Below, in pieces: positions 1 to 12,511 of a DNA stretch of 64,000 nt. The position numbers and the translations under genes are program-made. The notes under the pieces were generated by a model that did not search any database, had not been told where the DNA came from, and worked only from the letters and a program-made list of their open reading frames with translations. The stretch is taken from positions 642,606-706,605 of the forward strand of contig MU004196.1 of the NCBI GenBank assembly GCA_010093605.1, given 5' to 3'. The number at the start of each line of letters is the position of its first letter. Positions within the stretch are counted from its first letter, which is position 1. The DNA comes from Lophium mytilinum. Lineage: Eukaryota.

Positions 1-224
1 ACAGCTTGGGTAGTGATTACACCTGACCTATCGCTACAAAGCATAAGAAGTCTGAGACGTTCCTCCTTCGCACCAGGAATTACGCCTCCCGAGTTCCACC
101 ATATCCGGATACGCACGAAATGGAATCTATGCTGAATCAAAGGTACCGCCGAACTTAAACGCCGATAAAACAGAGTCAAGCAACCACAATTCCAAAAACC
201 TGCCAGTTGCAGTTCTGGTTCGCA

Positions 225-1988
225 CTAAGTCGCAGCAACCTCGGTCTTTGCCACAAGGTCATCCTCGTTGTCAGATTGATTCTCTTCCGCTTCCGTGCGG
301 AGTTCGTATAGAAGCTCGAAACACTCTTCCAGCAGCCCAGTGACGCTGCCCTGTCCGTCTGGTATGTCTGATCCAACCATGAACTTGCCATCTACCCTCA
401 TGTTGTCGATCGAGTTCAGCTTCATGCTGTAGGGGTAAAGCTCTCGTGGGGAGTCGATGCCTCCGGATTTCTTCACTTCTACTAAGCATCGTTTCAACGT
501 ATTGAGCTGATTGTAGATCGGTAGCAGGGCCTCCGAGACGGGTTCGGACGAGATGATGAGGTGGTAGATGATAGCGTAGCTCTTTCGTAGTAGGTATAGA
601 AGAGTCTAGCACATTGTTAGCGCTACTTCACAGGCTCTGTAGGAACAGCCTACTCGTTGAGCATGTAGATCTGCCGGGACGTTCGAAGCATCCAGGAAGT
701 TTCCGTTGACACGAGCCTCATCTATCCGGTCAAGCTGTCGTTGGAAGCTGTAAAGGTCCGTCTCCCTCAGCGACCAAGCTTGAGTGAGAGATAGCTTTTC
801 CAACTTGTTGCGAATGTCCAGCAATTTGTCGTAGGTCTCTTGGAATCTCTCATCGATCTTTCCCTGCCTAGACAAACTGTAAGTCTAAATGAGGGCAAGA
901 TTCGGAGACTACGTACTTTTGTTTAATGAGTTCAGTCCAAAGAAAGCATCTCGAGAGCAACGTTGCAACGAGATTAGTGGCCTCCGGGGCAGGCTCGGGA
1001 TGTTCGATGGCGAGTTTCAATTTCCGCGCCATCTCCGCCAACTGCTCATCCATCGTGCCCTCGGTCTCAAGTGGGACGACTCCATCTGCAACTAGGCTTT
1101 CCTGAAGCTCCACAAGCTGCTGTCGGAACTCTTCAACTTCGGCGGTTGGGAACTGTGAAGCTTTAGTTAGGTGTCAAAGTAAGGCCGAATAATACTTCAG
1201 TACCTTTGATCTGGTGTTGCAAGCAGACAGGGACCGGAGGATGGACACCAGTTTGTCGTACTTCGGGCGCAGTTCCGGAGTTAGGTGAGACAGGGACAGC
1301 TCTAGCTCTGAAAGGATGTCTTGACAAAGTTGAATCCTGGCTTCCAGAAGGGTCAATAAGTTGGGACTGTAGCTTTCTCGGCCCCTTTCACAGTAATCTC
1401 GGGATTTCTGCAGACTGGTACTGATAGAATCCAGGTCCTTCGGAGAGAAGAATGACGCTTCCTTGAGATGTTCGAGTAGACGCTGCAACAGTTGATAAGC
1501 AAGAGCCCATGAAAGCCGGTGTTTTATTCGTTACTCACTTTTATCGTTGATATGGCGGAATATCTGGAAGCGCAAGTTAGTCAGCAAGTGGCAACAGTGG
1601 CAATCATGGATAGGAATTGATGTTGCGTACACAGCAGGTGCCTCGTGGTTTTTGCCTATTGTCAAGAATGATAGCGAGATGAGTTGGAAGCAATCATCCA
1701 AGACCGTATCGACTAGTGATTGGCCGAGGTAATCAGCGGCATGTATCGTCAGTTCGTTCACGGACAAGTACCTCTGTTCTGCTCATTGCGCTTGTTCGCC
1801 CGGAGCTCGTTGAGTATGGTCACTTGCTCGATGAGTTGATTGTACAGGGCTACTACATCCTCCGACTTGACATAGGTCGACCTGTCCCCTTTCAAGAGCT
1901 CGAGGTCCGTTCGAATGGAGAGCAGCTTGTCCAAGATCGGCTGCTCGCGCGGATCCAGCGGTATGCGCACGGCGGGAGAGTCGGTCAT
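225..1988 (-). CDS. CUB1: UPF0662/DUF2408 family conserved fungal protein (yeast YPL260W/Cub1-like), multi-exon
   Basis: Consecutive minus-strand ORF pieces join across GT-AG introns: MTDSPAVRIPLDPREQPILDKLLSIR..., VDTVLDDCFQLISLSFLTIGKN, LSLTQAWSLRETDLYSFQRQL, ELYPYSMKLNSIDNMRVDGKF. ATG at 1988, first donor at 1771. Family recognised from sequence. Confidence 0.85.
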
Positions 1989-2327
1989 TGTTGGTTGCGC
2001 TTCAATCGTCGGCTGGGTGGGTGTGCTTGAGATATCGTGGGCGTGCAGTATCAAAGCGGCTGTCTCAGGAACTTTTTGGTGAGGCGGGGAGATAGATTGA
2101 CATCACCGAGAATTGAGGGGCAGGGCCGTGGAAGCCCGGGGGGCAAAGAAAGCTTGGTCTCGTGACGCGCTTTGGCTCGGCCTGGAACACTTTACAGTAC
2201 GCCGTATTATTCGCTTAAGCTTAGCGCCGCTGTCCGAAGCCCACAAGATGGACTACACTCCAAAAGTTCCTCGTCGACCGCGCAACTCCAGACACCGACG
2301 TATCACGACTCTCTTCACTCTGTCGAA

Positions 2328-2838
2328 ATGTCAACCGCCGAGCTCGCAACCTCCTACGCGGCCCTCATCCTCGCGGATGACGGTGTCGATATCACCGTAT
2401 GATTCCCCCGCGATCTTCAAGTTACTTAATGCTAAATTACCCCAGGCCGACAAGCTCCAATCTCTCATCAAGGCCGCAAAGGTCGAAGAAGTCGAGCCAA
2501 TATGGACAACCCTGTTCGCGAAGGTGCGCATACAGCGGGGTCAATTGAACAATTGAGGGACAACGGATCTGATTCGATACAGGCGCTTGAGGGCAAGGAC
2601 GTCAAGGACCTCCTACTGAACGTTGGCTCAGGGGGCGGAGCCGCCGCCTCTGCCCCATCAGGCGGCGCTGCTGCTGCCGGTGGTGCTGCCGATGACGCGC
2701 CAGCGGCCGAGGAGAAGGAAGAGGGTACGTAGGACTTTGGAGCTGCGATGTCAATTCACATACGAACAGTGCTAACATGTCCAATTTACAGAGAAGGAGG
2801 AGTCAGACGAGGACATGGGTTTCGGTCTTTTCGACTAA
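2328..2838 (+). CDS. RPP1: 60S acidic ribosomal protein P1
   Basis: Exons 2328-2396, 2446-2523, 2583-2724 and 2792-2838 splice to [34 protein letters not shown]...[16 protein letters not shown], with the canonical P-protein C-terminus. All introns are GT-AG. Confidence 0.97.
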
Positions 2839-4232
2839 GCTTCTTCATCACCAAAACGAGTGTGCATTTTGCCTTGGTCGGCGTCTCCTCATTACGGCGG
2901 GTTGGCTGTCTATCCCAATACATCTCCCATTCCCTCGGCAGACTCGCAGCCACTTTTTCCACCTGTGAACCTGGCTCGCTTTGTACAATCGAACGTCATC
3001 CACGGATCCGGATAGATGAATTGAGGGGTTGGACTGGGATTAGCTATGGGTTCTGAAATGAAAAGAGTCGAAAAGTGCAAATATGTTCTTGGGCAGTGAG
3101 ACCTTCGCCATCGTATGCTTTACGCCACAGCAAACACGGGATTGAAGAAACACCGCTGCAGCTAATATCTCGAATTCAGTCCACTATTACACAGGGCTAT
3201 TTTAAGTATCGGCATTCGAGGTACAGCACTATGAAAGGAATTTGACAATATTCATAACGTCCGTATAGAAACTCGATAGAGAAATGACCAATGATAAATA
3301 TCCAAAACAGGTCTGAGTTCGGTTTTCGAATTTTTCTGATATTCTTCTCGCTTGGACTGGAGTAGGTTAGTGTTGGCTCAATAGTTTTGGGGCATACATC
3401 TCTCCACTGTCGTACAGAACTTCACGTGGAAACAATTCCATCAGAAAGTTGCAGAGGTAAGCACTACGACAAAAGTCTGTGCACGCCATCATCTTGCTAC
3501 ATCTCGATAACATACTAAAGGGGCCCAGAAAACGACAGTGTAGGCCGATAGATCGTCTAAAACGCTCACATTTTTACTATTCAGACAATCACGTCTTTTC
3601 CGGTTTGAGATAAGACACCGAAGCACCTCAGACAGCTGCGAAAGATGTGCATAAAATTGTGTTTTGGTACAGTAGCTTACTCCTTCACTGAGCCTAATGA
3701 AAGCACAGCTCTGAAAGCTCTGAAAGCTCCGCAAATCCATCATCGAAGGTAGCATGAAGACTGCCATGAACGCCACAAACATACTTACTGGAATCATCTC
3801 CAATACCTCCCTCGTAATCCGTTCCAGCGAGCATCGTCGTCGTTAGTCTGTTCACAACCATCTGCCAACTTCCAAATCACATCAGCACCTCATTAGTACC
3901 ACTCTCCTGCTTTATTGGCGATGCCACTTGCGCGATACAACCAGCGGTTTACAGGATTCATGAGCAGCACCGAAGCAATGGTGATCTGGTCGGCGAAAGT
4001 CATGAGGCAGGTGCGGGTCACATTGGCTCTGACCTTCCTCACGTTGGTCTAATCGCTGCTTCTTCGATGGTATGCCTGCTCAATACCGCCTGTCAACAGG
4101 CGTGGCTCTCCGAGCATTCTACAACACTTCTATCACACCATCAATCACAGCAATCACATCCATCGTTTCACATCACACATCGTATCGTATCACATCACTA
4201 CATCGCATCGTATCACTGCATTGCATCGCGCC

Positions 4233-5526
4233 ATGACGCCCAACACAACTGGCAGAATGAGCAGTCGGTCTGACGAGGTCGATTCCAAAGACGAGAGAGG
4301 CAAGGGCGCGGATCGAGTCGACTCAGGTGGGGAGCATGAGAATGGGGATCATGAGAACGACGAGTATACGAATGGGGAGCATGAAGACGGGGAGCATGAA
4401 GAAGGGGAGAACGACGACTGGGAGCATGAAGACTGTGAGCCAATTCAGGCCAAATCCAAGTATCTCCGCTTACGGGCCAGGGGACAGCTGGTTGTCCCTC
4501 CTTGGAGCGCAAAAGAGTTCAATCGCCAAACTCACCACCAAAGAGAAACCCAGGGCTGTGACAGCCAAAGCGTCGCAAGTGTTGGAAGATTCGTGGTCCG
4601 TGGTCTTTTTGAATGGCCTGCCCGAGGTCACCAAACCGGTCGCCAAAAAGCTCGGCGCAGTTCTTAACCGTTCCCGCGTGTTCGACCTCGTTGATCAGAT
4701 GGAGTCCAAAGTAGGCAAACAGGATTGTGACGACTTCATAAAGAGCTCTTTCGATAGTTACAAGCCTGCTGAACCTCCCAAGAAGGCTTCCGAACCTCCT
4801 CAAAGCGTTTTTCGACCTCCTAAAAGGTGGGTTATCTATACTTCCTGCCTAGAGAAGAATCCAGACGACACCGCTATATTCCTACGGATTGTGGAACTTG
4901 CTCGCAAAAAGAACAGGCGAGTCTTCTGTATCAACTTGAATCTCAGTCCCAAGATCCCCAAAGGGAAGAAATCGGAGAACACAAGTCCCAGGAGAGCGTC
5001 CCGTGATCTCATTGCTAAGAGTCGATTGATCACACCATCCGAGATGGAGCTTAAGGACACGGAGATCTTTCTTAATCTGGACACCACAAGCTGTACGCCT
5101 GAAAGTGTCAAGATACTTCTGATCCGTGTTATGGCATTAGTCCACAGAGCCAACGAGGCAGTCATTGTCATTGGGGACCAACCAGAAGATGAGCAGCTGA
5201 AGGACGTCGTGGAGATGTTAGGAAGGCTAACTAAAAGGGGACTGTTTCTTTTTAACGGCAATGGACTCCGACAATTTCCATTGGGAAACCCCTCGACAAA
5301 ATTGATGATCGATGAATTGAACGGATTTCTCAATGGACTGAAGGGACAGCCTCTCTCAGTGGTGGCGTCGCTAATAGAGAGCTTCTCTTCCAAAGATCCA
5401 AAGGCTGCCAAAGACTCTGAGACAATCACAGATCCAAAGGTTGATAAAGACTCCAAGACAGTCAAAGATTCAAAAGCGAGCACAAACCTAGAGGCAAAAC
5501 ACGGCACGGAGACAGCAGGGGCCTAA
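4233..5526 (+). CDS. Hypothetical protein: acidic His-repeat N-terminus plus a degenerate CPT-like P-loop domain
   Basis: Exon 1 (4233-4434) and exon 2 (4481-5526) join in frame through intron 4435-4480 (gtgagc...gcttac...ccag). Exon 2 resembles the 12512 protein (VVFLNGLPEVTKPVAKKL; VIYTSCLEKNPDDTAIF...LARKKNRRVFCINL; LDTT). Confidence 0.7.
4330..4434 (+). repeat. Degenerate 15-nt coding repeat (GGGGAGCATGAAGAC) encoding GEHE[N/D] units
   Basis: About seven imperfect units translate to GEHEN GDHEN DEYTN GEHED GEHEE GENDD WEHED. Confidence 0.75.
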
Positions 5527-5631
5527 AGACTCACAGCGCTCAGAAACCGAAAGAGGACAAGGAGGAGGCTTTTTTAGAGAGAGCTTGAAGGGACTCTAAT
5601 CATCGTAATTTCCCCTCTTATGGGCGGACGT

Positions 5632-7176
5632 CTATTTGCTTACTACCGCAAGCTTGCTTCGTACCGGGACATTATGGTCTTTCCCAGGCTCGGGAAATCC
5701 CTCCACCTTCACTCCCTTTCTGAATAGAAGACAATGCGAAGAACCACCAAAGTGGAACATTCCTGTCTGCTCTCCCTTCTTCACATGCTGGCCCTCCTTG
5801 ACCGTGATCTCACACGTACTAACCTCGTCCATTCCCACACCAATGAACGCCATCAATCCAATAGCTGGGTTGTCGGCTTCGATGAAGATGATGGCACGAG
5901 TGGCGAGAGCCGTGATGTAGCCCTGGCCGTTGCTGATCCCGCCTTGGTCGATCTCTTTCGTGTTGGGGTCGCCGAGACCTTCGAACAACGGCTCGGAGAA
6001 GAAGGTGCCGTCTTGGACGAAGGCCTTCACGATCTTTCCTGAGATCGGAGAATGCCAGCGGTGGTAGCTCAGCGCGGAGAGGAAGGCTTGGTAGATGGTT
6101 CCGCCACCAAACTGCTGCGCCAATGGATCATGTGCGAGCATATCTAGGACGGAGTACGGCTGGCCTTTGATCCAGAACTTGTTGCGAAGCTGGACATTGT
6201 GGGATACATTGTAGGTCTTGGACTCGCAGGCGTTGGCAATAACGTTGTCGTCTTCTGGGCTCGCAACGGGGCGAGCTTCCGGGCGGAACTTGCGAGTGAA
6301 GAAGTCTAGGATCGAATGTAAGTTTCACAAACTTAAGAGGAGATGCGGAGACCTCACCATCCCAGGATTTGTAGCCGTGGTGCTTGGCCGACGGGTCACA
6401 CTCGTAGAATTCCTCGAACTTCATTGAGGTACCCGAGGCCTTGTTGGCGACCTCCATGACATCCTTCGTTCCCGTTGGACCGAACCAGCCGTGCGAGCCG
6501 TTGCCCAACACTTCTGCAGATTTCGGGGTCTGAAATTGTTTAATGACGAGCCTCGGGGCTATAGTAACGTGCACATACCAGTAAGAACTTGCCCCATTCA
6601 TTCAGCACCTTCTTCAGCATGGCATTGACGCCTGGGTCGAGGAATGCAGCATGTCCACTACACCTAATTAGAATCTTGACGGGTCATGTCGAGTTAATGC
6701 TCCGTACCTTGCTGTCCCCATCGGCCAATCGAATATCGCATTCATCGGCACTCCAACCATACCCACGTTCTGTGCGGCATCTGTCCATTCGGGCGCTGTC
6801 GTCAAGATGTGATTCAAGACTTGGAGCATGTGGGGATAGTCGCGCATTTGCTTGTGGCCAGTAGGGTCCGTGCAGTACGGCTTCTTGAGTGGCACTTCTT
6901 CAAACATAGAGTTGAAGAGTAGGTAGATGCGCGTGTCGCCTTCGATGTACTCTTTGAACTCCTGTAGCACTGGGACAAGCTTCTTCTCATGCTTGTCGAC
7001 ATGATTGATTGTCTCCTTTAGCCACGCTCTGTGGATACGATGGTCTGCCGGGAGCCATGCGCCTGGTCTGCTAGGTATTAGATGAAGCAAAACCAATTTC
7101 GACTTCGTGAATATTCATACCGGTGCATCTTGTGCTCATCTGGGATATCGTGTTCTTCTCCATGTTGGGCAACCAT
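5632..7176 (-). CDS. Phosphatidylserine decarboxylase-family protein of the PsiD-like subgroup (pyruvoyl-dependent), multi-exon
   Basis: ATG 7176 (MVAQHGEEHDIP). Motifs: GVPMNAIFDWPMGT, YKSWD/FFTR, IANACES, FWIKGQPYSV, YQAFLSALSYHRWHSP and the FHFGGSS self-cleavage site. GT-AG introns link the ORF fragments. Confidence 0.9.
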
Positions 7177-9743
7177 GTTTGCGGGTTTCTCAAGAGGTTG
7201 AGGTAATTGAAGATTTCCAGTGAGACACGGCTTCTGGAACTCTTAACACTGAAAGTTGTTCAAAAAACTGAGCCTGACGTCAAAGGGCTGGGCCTCAGAC
7301 ACGTATTTTGATTTGTTCACAGAAGCTGAAGAACATTACGTGGTCCTGTTAGCTTCGTTTGAAATGCAAGGGTCCATCATCGATGACGATCCTTGTCGCC
7401 TGTAATTGGCCACCGGCGTTCACGGGCCTGCTTCAACCCATGACTACACCCCACATTTACGGGCCACGAAAAGCTTGAGAAAGCTTGGAACGACCCACGT
7501 TATTCCCGCTAGGGATTGTCTCCGCAACATGCTGTACATAGTACTAACCGGGTTGTGCTGTACGTATCTCCATGGAGGCCTTCTTTCCGAGGGTCCGTCA
7601 AGGGTGCGATGATGGTTGGATGTCTACCTTTGTGTGTCGTGACACTGGACAGTGGAAGAATATTAGTCAAGAAATGGATTCTTCTTACTTGGAAGAAACA
7701 CAGAGCTCTTAAAGACGACAGAAATGGTAGGCGTTTACAAGATATCTCAATGCCTATTTTGTATATTGATTCGATGGTTTTAACGTTCGGCTGAACGGCA
7801 GTAATCTCACATCTTTTCAACTGGGAGCTTATTTCACCATCTTGATAGTTTGATATTAGTTGTTCCGAGGCCACTCTACGAAGTACCATAAGTGCTAGCT
7901 GTGTTTGCCAACATCATACTTACAATTCCGCTGGGAAGAGTCCTCATGAATGTTCGAAAGAAGCGAATGAACTGCCATTCAAAGGTCGATATCTGATCAC
8001 CATTATTTCGTGCAAGGTATGCGTAGACAAAAGTATAACAAACTGTGGACTTCACTGCCGGGTTCAGATTAACATTCTCTTTTGAATTAGCCGCCGTTCC
8101 TGAGGTAGTGGTTTGCAAGGTCTCGTGTCGGGTCTAGTGCATTATGATTAAGGTTGAGATAGATCCTTGGACAAGATGGTCTAGGTTTCACAATTCGTAC
8201 TCCGTGCTCTTCAGCATGCCATGTCTTTTTCAATCAGTTGACGAAGAGTGACGAGTCCGTCGGATCATGGGAACTTGTGGTGGATTCGAGGATGGATCTA
8301 TGGATCCACGTAGTCTGCACTTCACCGTCTGTAATCTACACTTTCAGTAAGTTACGTCTTTCCGAATCAGTCAATGTCAAGAAACAGCTTGGCTGGAGCA
8401 TCCAGTCCCTGCGTGGTGTAGTGTCGTATCCAAACCTAGTCACGGAAATATGGCCACCAGGAAATTTCATCAGTGGGACTCCATAATTTAGACATCTGGA
8501 GTTGGTAATATAGTAGAGAGGATGTTCTGTGGGTTCAACTAGACTGCAGCCCCGCCCGCGATCGTTATAATAGAGGCATGCTCTAATGTAAAAATCTGTA
8601 CATTCTCCATGTCTTTCCGATAATTTCACTGGGAAAAATTGGTCCTTTCGAAAGATCATCCTTCGGAGATGTCAGGACTAGTCGAATGTCAGCTACAAAG
8701 CCACCCGCGCCAGGCAGGTTCTGCTAAACAAAAAGTGGCAGTCCAAAAGACCGACGCATTGTTAGGTCTAGGAGGTACGATGGCTGTATGAGAGAGAAGA
8801 TTACGAAACCCAATGGACTTGGACGTTGAAAGCTGAGCAAACGATGGCTATAGGCAAAAAGCTGATATATATATGAGAGGATTAAGGGGAAGGGGGGCGG
8901 GGGGGGGGCAGGATCCCCGAAGCGTTCCTCGTCAAACTCAGCCTCGTTCATAGTAGCTTTCATACAGAACCGTGGACGTGACCAGCCCAGATTGCTACCC
9001 GTTTAGTCTTACAAAAGTACGTCTGAGGATAGTAGAAGCCGTTTGTTTATTATTGTCTTGAGGCTGCAGTACTCAAGAATACGACGTCGTGCTAACTTGT
9101 GAGAGTGAGACGCGCCGACAGCTAGTTTGTTTTGCAAAGGGGAAATAAGATGATGAAACGGCATTGAATCTGCAAGAAATGGCTTCAACCCATGGGAAGA
9201 TCCTGTCGGTAATCGGTATACTAGTACTAAAAAGGTATTCCCGAGGAATGGACGGCAGTTGGATGTCCCCACGCATGTTTTTCTCAATGGCCTTCGAACT
9301 ACGGTACATATGAAAGAGCGGTAGCACCATCGAGTAATTCCAGTAATCGGCGCTGGTTTCGGCTGAATGCAGATGCCTGCGTTGTTTTCGTGTAGATATC
9401 TGGGCGCCTCGGGGCAATGTGGCCGAAGCTTTCCCCGGCGCCCGTCTTCATCTTTGATCGCTCGTCATACCTTTACATCGATTCTCGGGATCCCCCATCG
9501 GCTCCTTGGCTCCTACTTTAACGCGGAAAAACTCAGTTGATATCCCTTCTCCCCTACGATGCTATCCTAAGCCGGTCCAGAGGTGAGTATTCGTGTATAT
9601 GGAGACAAAAGCAAAGTTAACAAAAGCATGTGAAAGGCCTGCGCAAGCCTCACCTTCAACCAACCCACCCTTATCCTTGGTCGCTCCCACGATCGACAAC
9701 TTCATAATACACACTCTTTATATTCCCGAACGACTTCTTTGCA

Positions 9744-12086
9744 ATGGCTTCTCGTCGCTCGTCCCGCATCCTTAAGCCGATCCTCTACACCACCGGAGCT
9801 GGTCTCGTTGGCAGCGGAGTCCTCTACGCGACCTACAGGCCGAGAGACATCCCTGGCTCGGAATCCGCCGCTGTTCCTCCTCCGACCTATGGCGAAGGGG
9901 GTGTGTTCCGCCCTCCAAAGTTTCCGTTCGCGAAATCGCGCGAAGACCAGATTGCGGACCTGAAACGAAGCAGTGGGACGGTTGCCGAGAGCGTAGGAAG
10001 GGCGAAAAATGCCATCGGAGAATGGTTTGGCAGCGGCGCATCTACCAAGGAGCCCGCTGGTGATGAACCTTATGATCTACTGATCATAGGAGGGGGTGCG
10101 ACAGGAGCTGGCATTGCGCTTGACGCTGTCACTCGAGGTTTGAAAGTTGCGCTCGTCGAGCGGGATGACTTCAGCAGCGGCACTAGCAGCAAGAGCACGA
10201 AACTCGTTCATGGAGGAGTCCGGTATCTCGAGAAGGCATTTTGGAATCTTGACTACAATCAGTAAGTGCTTTTTACTCGAAATGGTAATTAGTTCTAATG
10301 GACATTCTCAGGTATGCGCTTGTCGTTGAAGCGCTTCGCGAACGCCGATACTTCCTCGATACAGCTCCTCATCTATCCTCATGGCTACCTATAATGATAC
10401 CGCTTGACAAGTGGTGGAAGGCTCCATACTTCTGGGCGGGAACCAAGTTGTATGACTTTTTAGCGGGCTCGGAGAATATCGAGAGCTCGTATTTCTTGAC
10501 CAAAAGCAAAGCACTCGACGCGTTTCCAATGTTGAAAAAGACTGGACTTGTTGGTGCCCTGGTCTATTATGGTATGATGGCAAACGTAACACGCGCGGTT
10601 GAAGCTGATATAATCAGATGGTGCCCACAATGATTCGCGCATGAATGTGTCACTGGCCATGACTGCTGCTCTGTATGGTGCTACAGTCGTTAATCACCTA
10701 GAGATTACCGCTCTAGAGAAAGACGCATCTGGAAAGCTCAACGGTGCCCGTGCAAAGGACTGTATCACTGAACTGAACGGCAAGAAACCTCAAGAATTCA
10801 CGATCAAGGCAAAGGGCATCATTAATGCTACCGGTCCATTCACAGACTCAATTCGCAAGCTGGATGACCCAAGTGTTGAAGAGATTGTAGCCCCAAGCTC
10901 CGGTGTCCATGTCATCCTCCCTGGTTACTATAGTCCTGCCAATATGGGACTGATTGATCCCTCTACATCGGACGGCCGTGTGATCTTCTTCCTACCGTGG
11001 CAAGGCAACACCATCGCTGGTACGACAGATACACCCACAAGCATCTCAAAGAACCCCGTGGCTAGCGAAGACGAGATCGAGTGGATCCTGAAGGAAATTC
11101 GAAGGTACCTGCAACCTGAGATCAACGTCCGACGCGGTGACGTTCTGGCTGCATGGTCTGGCATCCGTCCATTGGTGCGAGACCCAAATGCTAGCAAAAC
11201 CGAGGGACTTGTCCGCAACCATCTAGTAACAACATCGCCTTCTGGCCTTATCACTTGCTCCGGTGGCAAATGGACGACATACCGCCAAATGGCCGAGGAG
11301 ACTGTCGACGAAGCGATCAAAGAGTTCAGCCTCCAGACCAGTGCTTTGACAAACCCTCCCCGTGTCAGTGGCACTGAGGTTGGAGATGAAGCGCCTTTAG
11401 ACGGAACCTGCCAGACCCATCGTGTCCGTTTGATAGGCGCCCATGGCTTCTCGAAAACTCTATTCATAAACCTCATTCAGCACTACGGCGTTGAGAATGA
11501 AGTCGCCAAGCACCTAACTGCTTCCTACGGAGACCGAGCTTGGACGGTCGTTGCGCTGGCTTCGCCTACAGAGCAGCGGTTCCCAGTCCGAGGAAAGCGT
11601 ATCTCTGCGCTATACCCATTCATAGATGGCGAAGTCCGGTACTGTGTCCGACATGAGTATGCTCAGACAGCGACCGATGTCATTGCGCGACGAATGCGGC
11701 TGGCTTTCTTGAACGCTCAGGCCGCCCTGGAGGCACTACCGCTTGTCATTGACTTGATGGCTGCAGAGCTCCATTGGGACAAGGCGCGGAAAGAAAGGGA
11801 GTGGAAAGAGACGGTCTCGTTCCTTGGTAGCATGGGTTTGCCAAAGGGTAAGCTGACGCTGTCTCGCAAAGATGTCGAGAGTGGGAGAGTTGGGACGTAT
11901 GAGGATGAGGAGTATCAGCTTTACGCTCGGCATGGTAGGTTCCTTTCTCACTTGATACTGTCCAACTGGCGAGAATCAGTGGCTAATAAATCTCCAGATA
12001 AGCCGGATGAGACACTCGAGTCCGACGCGAAGTACTCCCAAGGACACAACCCAGTGATGTCCAGCGAGTCTGGTGCCAACAAATAA
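9744..12086 (+). CDS. GUT2: Mitochondrial FAD-dependent glycerol-3-phosphate dehydrogenase
   Basis: Basic N-terminal presequence, [21 protein letters not shown] motif, [18 protein letters not shown] and [12 protein letters not shown]. Introns near 10263-10311, 10572-10617 and 11935-11997. Confidence 0.96.
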
Positions 12087-12511
12087 ATAGCTAGGAGTTG
12101 TGATCCTGTCTCTTTCTCGTCCTCGATTCGTAGAAATAGCCAATACCTTATCTCGGGGTCAACCTGAATGGCCTTTCGTTTTCTACAATGCAGTGTCCCG
12201 GGCATTCCGGCCTCTCGTGGCCTGTTAGCGCTATGTATATGGCAATCTAGTCTGCACATACTGGCGTGTTATGCACCGTAATAGCATCCATGTCACTGTT
12301 TCCAAATCCCACGTGTTTTCCTGGTTCATGCAGAAATTGGAGCCATGGTTCGGACACCGACCTCACATCACTCACAAAACCAACCCTCTCCCAGCCCGCT
12401 CGAATGCCTCTCTCCACCGCACTCCCCCCACAAACCCAAATACAAACGCACACCAGCAAACACCTCACATAAACAACCAAATCACATACTACCAAACCAA
12501 CACTACACACC

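Noticed and set aside
7870..8970. Broken minus-strand frames with a faint BTB-like segment and a G-run at ~8886-8908
   Set aside because: I could not build a consistent gene model; the similarity is too weak to support.
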